A DNA stretch of 24,027 nt, taken from a virus. Its lineage: Duplodnaviria > Caudoviricetes. How positions within the stretch are numbered: the stretch's first letter is position 1; every line of letters begins with the position of its first letter. The notes below the pieces were generated by a model. It worked only from the letters and a program-made list of their open reading frames with translations, was not told the origin of the DNA and searched no databases. The translations under genes and the position numbers were made by a program. The DNA lies in the IMG/VR virus record IMGVR_UViG_3300008255_000470, positions 1-24,027 of that record. One strand, written 5' to 3'. Positions 17,653 to 24,027 of this stretch are shown piece after piece.

Positions 17653-19780
17653 ATTCCATTCTCCCTTTGTATCCTTCGGTGGCTTTTACTACTCTAAATT
17701 TCATTCCTGGTTTACCAATAAATTCGGCTTCTTTATTTTTGTATCTCCCGAGTCCATCAACCGGCGCAATTGGCGAACCCTTCGTGGCTTTGAAAACTAT
17801 CACCGCTTGTTGATCTGGCTTTGCAAATGTCTTTGAGGCAAAATTCATCGCCACGTCTTTACTTATGCTCGAAGATAAAAAACCATTGTTACTAAACTTT
17901 TTTCCAGGCTCCCACTTTTCTCCAGGAGGAAGGACCAGGCCTCGGTAAAGAACCGTCTCATCTTTCAGGGGGTGCGTATCAATAAAGTTACTAATTTGCT
18001 CAATGTTTCTTTGCACATCCTTATCTGCTCCACCTTTCATAAGTTGCTCATTAATTTTTCCGTATCCACCATCAGTGTATATTAAAATTGACATCTGCTG
18101 TTCTTCGGTGACTTCCTTTTTTATATCAGGATAATCGTTTTTAACGATTTCGATATAATCCTTTTCTGCCTTCTTTAAATCTTCTTTTAACTGAGGCTTC
18201 GGTCTTGTTAGATAATCAATCCAACCTCTTTCGTCTCTTGATTTTCTTTTCGAGGCTTTATTTCCTGAATTTGGTCCGCTTTCCTTTTCAGACCCACCTT
18301 TATTACCCCCAGACCCAAACTTTCCATCTTCACCCCTTGGGTGGTCTTCTTCTTTGAAATTGGAATTATTTTTTACTTTCTTTTTCCACAACCGGAATTT
18401 GGTTGTAGTCTGCCCTGGCATCTTATACCCAAGCCCTGCAGAGTTTCTTATCATAGCCGGTTCTTCAACTTGTGGAATAGGTGGGGTCGGCTGCATCCCT
18501 TTAGCAACTGCGGTTTGGATATTGATGATTCCTTCTTTTTGGGCTTCTTCCATAACCTCAGGCCCGGTCATGAGGCCACGATCAAACAAGAAAGTAAGGT
18601 TAGTTACTTTTGAGGTATTAAGTTCTGCTTTCTCTTTCTCGGTAGCTTCTTTGAGTAAAGGCCATTTAAAAGTATATTCGATTTCCCGACCGAATAGTCG
18701 GAACATGGTGAGGTCGAGTAGCTTTCGGACGGGGTAGCGAAGCTTTGCACGAACGTCTGACTCCACCATCATATTGTAATTATCTAGGTCTGTTTCCCCG
18801 GTAGAAAATCCAGCTGGGGAAAGTCCGAACAACTTAACCATGGGAATCCTAAGGGCTGCAGCTATTGATATTCGGTTTTCTGCGGATACATCGGCGAGCC
18901 CTGCGAAGGTGTTGGTTTTGTTTTCATAGTCATCCTCGGCGTCCATAACAAGTCCGTTCATATAGTTCTTGAGCCGGTTTGCTAATTGGATTCTTTTCTC
19001 AATCGCCTGAGTTCCTCCGGCGGTAGCAAGCCGGTTGTTGAATCCGTTAATTTTGAATACATCTACCTTAGATTCGTCAAGTATTTCGAACAGTACATCT
19101 TGGGTTTTAAGGTGGAGCGAGAGGTCTCTAATCATCCGCTCTCCCTCACTCATGCCCCAGCCACCAAGAAGTTGCCTAACTCTCGACGGGGCCTTCTTTC
19201 CGCTTGTTTTTATAACTCGAGATTTATGGATCTCCTGACCATTGAGGTAGTACTGATCTCCTTCCGGCTCGTCCCCCAGATACACCGATTGATTCCACAC
19301 GTTTGTGAGTAGTAACTGCCACCGGTCTACATCGTAAAATTCCACCGGCTTCGGGTCTACTATTTCGGTCATTCTGAGATTGCTTTTCGGATCTCCTGAG
19401 GTGTTGATTACTATAGCCCCTCCGCCGTAAAGTCTGACCCAAGTAAAATAGTTGAGAATCGTATCCCATAGACCAGTATCTTCCCAGAATGCCCATACCT
19501 CATCGATCTCGGAATCATCAAGCTCTGGGGATTCAATGATGCCGCCTTTCGCTATTGCGTCTTGAATTGGCACTTGTATTGCTGTCTGAAACAATCCGTT
19601 GCCGGTGAACATATAGGTAAGTATTTGGTGATTGAGAGAAAGTAGGCTGTAATTGTTGGAATGGGAAAGTGTATTGTATCCGGAAAGATAACTCCCTCCG
19701 GTTTGTCGGTCTCGTATGCCGTCAACAAGGCCTGTCAGTGAATTTTCTATTTGCTTTGAAACGGTCGGCTTTCTTGCCAT
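17633..19780 (-). CDS. Portal protein (DUF1073-like) fused to a C-terminal ADP-ribosyltransferase (start revised to MARKPTVSKQ, 715 aa)
   Basis: GGAGG RBS before ATG 19780. Portal motifs: W.RLYGGGAI, IHKSRVI, GWGMSE, AAALRIPMVKLFGLSPAGFSTGETDLDNY. ART motifs: YTDGGYGKINEQL, LYRG, GFLSSS and E-A-E. Confidence 0.9.
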   Translation of the reverse strand: MARKPTVSKQIENSLTGLVDGIRDRQTGGSYLSGYNTLSHSNNYSLLSLNHQILTYMFTGNGLFQTAIQVPIQDAIAKGGIIESPELDDSEIDEVWAFWEDTGLWDTILNYFTWVRLYGGGAIVINTSGDPKSNLRMTEIVDPKPVEFYDVDRWQLLLTNVWNQSVYLGDEPEGDQYYLNGQEIHKSRVIKTSGKKAPSRVRQLLGGWGMSEGERMIRDLSLHLKTQDVLFEILDESKVDVFKINGFNNRLATAGGTQAIEKRIQLANRLKNYMNGLVMDAEDDYENKTNTFAGLADVSAENRISIAAALRIPMVKLFGLSPAGFSTGETDLDNYNMMVESDVRAKLRYPVRKLLDLTMFRLFGREIEYTFKWPLLKEATEKEKAELNTSKVTNLTFLFDRGLMTGPEVMEEAQKEGIINIQTAVAKGMQPTPPIPQVEEPAMIRNSAGLGYKMPGQTTTKFRLWKKKVKNNSNFKEEDHPRGEDGKFGSGGNKGGSEKESGPNSGNKASKRKSRDERGWIDYLTRPKPQLKEDLKKAEKDYIEIVKNDYPDIKKEVTEEQQMSILIYTDGGYGKINEQLMKGGADKDVQRNIEQISNFIDTHPLKDETVLYRGLVLPPGEKWEPGKKFSNNGFLSSSISKDVAMNFASKTFAKPDQQAVIVFKATKGSPIAPVDGLGRYKNKEAEFIGKPGMKFRVVKATEGYKGRMEYEVEVI

Positions 19781-19798
19781 GTGTGGCCTCCGGGGTTT

Positions 19799-19826
19799 AT
19801 CATACCATAATTTCACAAAACGTCTA
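19799..19826 (-). promoter_or_regulatory. Sigma70-like promoter upstream of the portal
   Basis: TAGACG-N16-TATGAT with extended TGn, 18 nt before the portal ATG. Confidence 0.5.
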
Positions 19827-19989
19827 AGATGGAAACATCTCCGGTTGTTTTTCGCTCGATCGCATAGCGACAATTGTGGACAATGTATCCACCATTAACT
19901 GAAAAGTTGTGCGTATCCTCCACTTCCATATTGTAAACGTCTTCCAGTTCTTCTTCTTTGACTATTTTTTTTATCTTAATTGTTTGCAT
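19813..19989 (-). CDS. terL: Split intein C-fragment (39 aa) + TerL C-extein (19 aa); not in ORF track
   Basis: MQTIKIKKIVKEEELEDVYNMEVEDTHNFSVNGGYIVHN|CRYAIERKTTGDVSILDVL*. Contains intein blocks F (VYNMEVEDTHNF) and G (VHN + Cys+1); SD AAGGA upstream. Confidence 0.92.
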   Translation of the reverse strand: MQTIKIKKIVKEEELEDVYNMEVEDTHNFSVNGGYIVHNCRYAIERKTTGDVSILDVL

Positions 19990-20596
19990 TTCTTATAGTC
20001 CTTGCTCTCAAAACATTAGCACAACTTCTACTACAGGTAGATTTTTCTTTATACTTATTTGCCTTGAATTCTTTTCCGCAAACCGTGCATATCCTAATTT
20101 CTTCATCGAATTTATTTTCTCTTCTATGTTTTGATTTACATTTATTCGAACAAAATATATGTCTGCCGAATTTCTTAGCCATGAATTGATCCCCACAGTT
20201 TTTACAAACCCTTTCTACTTGTTCGGAATTTTTCATTCCTTCTTTTAAAGCTTTTCTGTGCTGTTCGAATTTTATAGGATCTTCTGGCCATACATGTTTG
20301 GGCCGTATTTTATTCAGATGTTCGCATTGTTTTCTATATCTTTCTGGATTGCTATATTTATATTCTCCATGTTCTTTAGAATGATCTTCCGAAGACAATA
20401 AAATAAGATTTTCTATCAAATTATTATCTTTGTTCCGGTCTTTGTGGTGAATATGAAAACCTTCAGGAATTTTTCCAGCTTCTTTTTCGTAAACATATTG
20501 ATGTAGCCAATTCTTAAAAGTTCTGCTTTTAACTGAACAGATATAATATCCAGACTTAACCTTTGTCCATTTTTTACCATCATAAACTACAGTCAA
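19976..20596 (-). CDS. Free-standing HNH homing endonuclease with C-terminal Cys4 zinc-finger repeats
   Basis: 206 aa; TTG start with SD GAGGTG; LHQYVYE...G.IPEGFHIHHKDRNKDNN.IENL....H...H; two CxxC...CSxxC repeats; AT-rich. Confidence 0.88.
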   Translation of the reverse strand: MTVVYDGKKWTKVKSGYYICSVKSRTFKNWLHQYVYEKEAGKIPEGFHIHHKDRNKDNNLIENLILLSSEDHSKEHGEYKYSNPERYRKQCEHLNKIRPKHVWPEDPIKFEQHRKALKEGMKNSEQVERVCKNCGDQFMAKKFGRHIFCSNKCKSKHRRENKFDEEIRICTVCGKEFKANKYKEKSTCSRSCANVLRARTIRNANN

Positions 20597-22049
20597 TTTT
20601 TACCACCTCATCATGTTCAGTAAGTTCAGAAACTTTTTTCCAACCTTCTTTTGTCAAAATAGGATGGTCTGCCGTTGCCTTAATAAAGCCACCGTCTTCG
20701 AGGTAGATAGTATATATCTGTTGCTTATTCCTTGTCAAAGATACGTCGTTGAAAGATTTTATGCATTCCTTTTTATAATCCCATGATTTAACCCCTCCCG
20801 ATTTACCGACAAGGTCTTTTATCTTTATGTCCCCTTTTTCTGTGTTTACAATTGTGTCTCCGGTTAAGCATGCGGCAATCGCATCATCTTTGAAAGTTAC
20901 CGGTTCATCAAGTACCGATCCGTCGCGAGCCTCTTTCCATTTGTACGACTTTACTTCGCTTGCTAACCCTGGACAGGCTATTGGATCAATAACCCATTCC
21001 CCACGGTTTAACCATCCTATTTGTTGCCGTACCGAGTCCGGGCCCTTTTTTGCTGGATCGATATAGTAACCGCTCTTTTTCCAGTCTCTAATGCTTTTAG
21101 GCTCTGCGGAATCCGCTGTGCAAAGTGTTGTTTTATCAAGAATTCCCTGTTTTTCGTTTTCCAGCATCACTTCATCGTTGGTCATGTGCCTAACATACAA
21201 TTCACGGAATGAGTATTTAACTCCATCCTTTAGGCCTATGAGCTGGATAGAGTGATAGTGGTTGTAACCAAAGTCCATGCCAGAGAGAACTTCGTCAAAA
21301 TCCTCGTATCGATAAGGGCAGGTTTCGAAACGAACGTTTCTGAATACCAGATTTCCAATACTTCCCCAGTTCCCGAGGGCGTAAATTTCGTAATAAATCC
21401 GGTCCTCGTATTTCAGCGCCTCAAGTTCGTCCTTGTAGTCATCATCGAGAAACCTATTGTCTAGGTAGGTAGATTGGTGAATGGTAATCTTGTTTCGCTT
21501 CGGGCCTGGGTTATCAAAAAACCTTTTCTTGATCCAGTGAGTATCAGATACCGGATTGAACATTAACGTAACCTGGAAAGGCTGTTTTGCTTGACCTCGA
21601 AGTCTTAAGTTTATCTGATTAAAATCCTCTTCGGTGATCTCGGTAGCCTCTTCGATTATGACATCTGTCAACGGACCATTTTCAAACGTGATGGATTTCA
21701 GCTTCTCCACATCATCAAGGCCTGCAAACTTCATCTGATTCCCGTTGTACTTGTTAGTAATAATGCTGTTTGTCTTGTTTTCGTTGAATAACGGAAACAG
21801 TTCCCAGTCTGAAATACAAGATTTCATGAGGGGGTAGGTTGATGTACGGTTACTATTTGCCGATTTCCGAAGGGTTAGATAGTTATGGCCTTTTTCGGCA
21901 ACCATGCGGTAGGTAGCGGTCCTAAATGTATCGACCGACTTCCCGGACCCTGCCCCACCTTTTTTGATTATGAATCGATTTTTATCGAAAACCAAAGGGT
22001 AGAAAGTCGGGTTATACCAATGGTGCATTTGTCCAAAGTCAACCTTCAT
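20580..22049 (-). CDS. terL: Terminase large subunit (PBSX/SPP1-type) N-extein (393 aa) + split intein N-fragment (96 aa, 20870-20583)
   Basis: Walker A GGAGSGKS, Walker B VIIEEA, FNP, nuclease GMDFG and ADSAEP. Then ...KDDAIAA|CLTGDTIV (block A) and IKATADHPILT (block B), ending at a stop. Confidence 0.95.
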   Translation of the reverse strand: MKVDFGQMHHWYNPTFYPLVFDKNRFIIKKGGAGSGKSVDTFRTATYRMVAEKGHNYLTLRKSANSNRTSTYPLMKSCISDWELFPLFNENKTNSIITNKYNGNQMKFAGLDDVEKLKSITFENGPLTDVIIEEATEITEEDFNQINLRLRGQAKQPFQVTLMFNPVSDTHWIKKRFFDNPGPKRNKITIHQSTYLDNRFLDDDYKDELEALKYEDRIYYEIYALGNWGSIGNLVFRNVRFETCPYRYEDFDEVLSGMDFGYNHYHSIQLIGLKDGVKYSFRELYVRHMTNDEVMLENEKQGILDKTTLCTADSAEPKSIRDWKKSGYYIDPAKKGPDSVRQQIGWLNRGEWVIDPIACPGLASEVKSYKWKEARDGSVLDEPVTFKDDAIAACLTGDTIVNTEKGDIKIKDLVGKSGGVKSWDYKKECIKSFNDVSLTRNKQQIYTIYLEDGGFIKATADHPILTKEGWKKVSELTEHDEVVKIDCSL

Positions 22050-22533
22050 TATCTAGAAATTTCTCCGGAGGTAAAGGCTTACCTATCACAATCTCGGTAC
22101 GTACGTCGTGTTCTTGTCGGTCTCTCCATTTCGCCGGTTGACGGTTCTTTAGCCAAAAAATAATCGCTGTGGGATTCGGCGCTTGCTTTTCCCGGTACTT
22201 TGCAATTTCTACGTGGGCTCCGTTCATTGTTCCATCCGAAACAACAAGTGGCCGTTCTGCGTCGTATTCGTATCCAGTAGCTAATTCGTAAAGCGCCCTT
22301 TCGACTTTATTGTCGGATTGTGCCTTTAAATCCCTTAAGGACTCAAAGAATTCTGGAAATTTAATTTTCCAATTATTAACAGTTTGCTCAGTTACACCAA
22401 TATGTTCGGCTATCTGCATATCGGTTGCGCCCATTCTTGCCATTGCCAGCGCCACGGCTTTCCTTTCCGCGGTGAAAGAAGATTTCCTCCCGGCTTTCTT
22501 TAAATCCTCCGGTTTTTTCCTTGGTGTTGCCAT
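22039..22533 (-). CDS. terS: Terminase small subunit
   Basis: 164 aa; N-terminal HTH (GATDMQIAEHIGVTEQTVNNWK), VERALY..ATGY and PNPTAIIFWLKNR; directly upstream of terL. Confidence 0.9.
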   Translation of the reverse strand: MATPRKKPEDLKKAGRKSSFTAERKAVALAMARMGATDMQIAEHIGVTEQTVNNWKIKFPEFFESLRDLKAQSDNKVERALYELATGYEYDAERPLVVSDGTMNGAHVEIAKYREKQAPNPTAIIFWLKNRQPAKWRDRQEHDVRTEIVIGKPLPPEKFLDNEG

Positions 22534-22540
22534 ATCCTAA

Positions 22541-22569
22541 AACCTAACCCCTTCGTACCTTGTTGTCAA
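22541..22569 (-). promoter_or_regulatory. Sigma70-like promoter upstream of terS
   Basis: TTGACA-N17-TAGGTT, ending 7 nt before the terS ATG. Confidence 0.55.
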
Positions 22570-22714
22570 TGTTTAGCTTATTCACCTGGATTTCTACTGC
22601 TACTCTTTCGGCTTCCTGCCTGCTAATTCCTGCGGAATATTCAATAATCGCCGCCCTCTCGGTAACTTCCTCTTCTCTGTCCGGGAATTCTTTGATGAAA
22701 TCTTGAAATTTCAT
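22544..22714 (-). CDS. Small conserved phage protein (56 aa; not in ORF track)
   Basis: MKFQDFIKEFPDREEEVTERAAIIEYSAGISRQEAERVAVEIQVNKLNIDNKVRRG*. The ERAAI.EY..G.SR.EAE motif is recurrent in phage replication regions; ATGA-coupled to the loader gene. Confidence 0.7.
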   Translation of the reverse strand: MKFQDFIKEFPDREEEVTERAAIIEYSAGISRQEAERVAVEIQVNKLNIDNKVRRG

Positions 22715-23493
22715 TTTTTATTCCTTTTCGTTTTTCGATAATCTTCTCCGGTAAATGTGATAAGTATTCCGTCCTCAGAAATTCTACTCAAAACATCAGA
22801 ATCCATAAAGTTTTCTAAACATTGGTCGCATCCTTTTTGTATACATGTTTTCTTTGTGTGCCGGTTTGAAATTAAAATAAGTGGTTTAAACCTTACATGA
22901 CGTTTGTCGATAATGTAGGATAACCAGTTACTTTCAGCATCACTTCCCTTTGTCCTCCCTATTTCGTCGATAACTAATAAGGGAATATCGGCAAGCTCTT
23001 CCAATATTTCTATCTCGTCGAAATCAGATCCTTTTGAATAAGTCGATCGTATTCTGGTTACAATTTCAAACATAGTATAAATTGCACCGCCCATTTTCTG
23101 AATGGCCCCAACTGCAAGGTGCGTTTTCCCGGTCCCATTCTTGCCCAAAAGAATAACTTTTCCCTTTTTTGTTTCCGCTAAATTATTAACAGAATTAAGA
23201 GCCTGTTTCTGCTCTTCGCTTTCTGCTATGTAATTATCCAAAGTGGATTCGTAATACATTGGCTCGATGTTGGCTTTTCTTAAAAATTCTTTTCTTCGGT
23301 ATATTGCTTTTTGAATACTTTCATATTCCTCTTCTTGTCTAATTTTCTCTTGTCTCTCTTCTACGCACTTAGGGCAATGATCTAACATTTCTCTACCTTC
23401 AAATAAAACTATTTTATTTGCCATGTAAGCGCCGTGTCTTTCGCAAAATTGCTGTACGCTATCGACCTCTGGCTTTTTGTCTAAAAGTTTCAT
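22711..23493 (-). CDS. DnaC/IstB-like AAA+ helicase loader
   Basis: 260 aa; CERH..CPKC zinc motif, Walker A GKNGTGKT, Walker B LLVIDEIG, IIDKRH and ISN motifs. Confidence 0.9.
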   Translation of the reverse strand: MKLLDKKPEVDSVQQFCERHGAYMANKIVLFEGREMLDHCPKCVEERQEKIRQEEEYESIQKAIYRRKEFLRKANIEPMYYESTLDNYIAESEEQKQALNSVNNLAETKKGKVILLGKNGTGKTHLAVGAIQKMGGAIYTMFEIVTRIRSTYSKGSDFDEIEILEELADIPLLVIDEIGRTKGSDAESNWLSYIIDKRHVRFKPLILISNRHTKKTCIQKGCDQCLENFMDSDVLSRISEDGILITFTGEDYRKTKRNKK

Positions 23494-23504
23494 AATTATT
23501 TCCT

Positions 23505-24027
23505 TTACAAATCTAATATTCTTTCATCAAAATTTTTTATTGTTTTTTTCGGTGAATTAAATGGCTTATTATTCATTTGCCCTATTAAAGTCGGGAATTT
23601 TTCTCTTAACTTTGATCCGCTCATAATGTTATAAAACCAAAAATTTCCTGTAGTTTTTACCCATCGTATAACGCTTTCGATTTCATCCCATTCTCTGCCG
23701 TCAATTCTGTTTAATCTTTCGATTTCCACCGCCCACGACCTTATCTGGTTAAGGCTTCGCTTGTACTTAGGGTCCTGTTGTTGGTGAAGTGTTAGCAGTA
23801 GCTTAGCTTGTTTGAATTCTTTGGTATCGTTAATTTCGTGTAAAGTAGAATCGGAAGAACCATCAGGTTCTGACTCTTCTTCTTTCTTATCCTTACCTAA
23901 CCTAACCTTACCTAACCTTACCTGGGTTTCCATTTGGTATACCGGGTGGTTGTCATCTGGTATACCATCGGTATCTACCTCTGTTTCTGCCTCGGTATAA
24001 GCTCCGTTTTCAGAAATTCTTAGCCTC
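23505..24027 (-). CDS. Phage replication initiator / replisome organiser, C-terminal part (5'-truncated by the window)
   Basis: The frame is open to the window edge: RLRISENGAYTEAE...YQMETQVRLGKVRLGKDK...; C-terminal WA.EIERL.RIDGR...FW..NIMS.SKLREKF; upstream of the DnaC-like loader. Confidence 0.8.
   Translation of the reverse strand, partial: RLRISENGAYTEAETEVDTDGIPDDNHPVYQMETQVRLGKVRLGKDKKEEESEPDGSSDSTLHEINDTKEFKQAKLLLTLHQQQDPKYKRSLNQIRSWAVEIERLNRIDGREWDEIESVIRWVKTTGNFWFYNIMSGSKLREKFPTLIGQMNNKPFNSPKKTIKNFDERILDL
23891..24000. repeat. Short repeats inside the initiator gene (candidate origin)
   Basis: Six-plus tandem CCTWA pentamers (23891-23923) and the palindrome GGTATACC at 23936-43 and 23959-66, with further GGTAT half-sites to 24000. 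Confidence 0.5.

Noticed and set aside
17633-19780. Anti-CBASS Acb1 annotation often attached to DUF1073 portals
   Set aside because: The C-terminal extension lacks the paired HxT/S motifs of a 2H phosphodiesterase and shows ART motifs instead.
19781-19873. 31-aa N-terminal extension of the portal in the ORF track
   Set aside because: It overlaps the IntC/C-extein ORF and a promoter; the ATG at 19780 has a GGAGG RBS.
19813-20870. terL as a pseudogene or a frameshifted contiguous intein
   Set aside because: This would need two separate frameshifts. All splicing residues (C1, TxxH, HN, C+1) are intact and both downstream ORFs have SD sequences and starts. Read-level confirmation is still advisable.
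26-24000. Plus-strand ORFs and short alternative-frame minus ORFs in the track (e.g. 197-439, 228-500, 523-873, 6803-7135)
   Set aside because: They are shadows of well-supported minus-strand genes and have no recognisable motifs.
1-24027. Host or taxon assignment; tRNAs, integrase, lysis genes
   Set aside because: No tRNA, integrase or lysis gene was recognised, and no diagnostic evidence for host or lifestyle is visible in the window.

Overview
A 24 kb segment of a tailed dsDNA phage or prophage with a contractile (myovirus-type) tail. All convincing genes lie on the minus strand. In transcription order (right to left) they are: replisome-organiser-type initiator (5'-truncated), DnaC-like loader, a small ORF, TerS, TerL, portal, NADAR, MuF-like head protein, DUF2213-type prohead protease/scaffold, capsid decoration protein, major capsid protein, head-tail joining genes, sheath, tube, tail chaperone with a -1 frameshift, tape measure, baseplate genes and a 3'-truncated tail fibre. 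Two loci stand out. (1) TerL is a 'fractured gene'. A naturally split intein (96-aa IntN, 39-aa IntC in a 58-aa ORF missing from the ORF track) is separated by a free-standing HNH endonuclease, so full-length TerL needs protein trans-splicing. (2) The portal carries a C-terminal R-S-E ADP-ribosyltransferase behind an HPRGEDGKF linker. It is followed by an unannotated 51-aa acidic ORF, an AT-rich region with three 27-bp palindromes and divergent promoters, and a NADAR hydrolase. Together these suggest a virion-delivered ADP-ribosylation writer/eraser module. Family assignments come from motif recognition and synteny only; no database searches were run.
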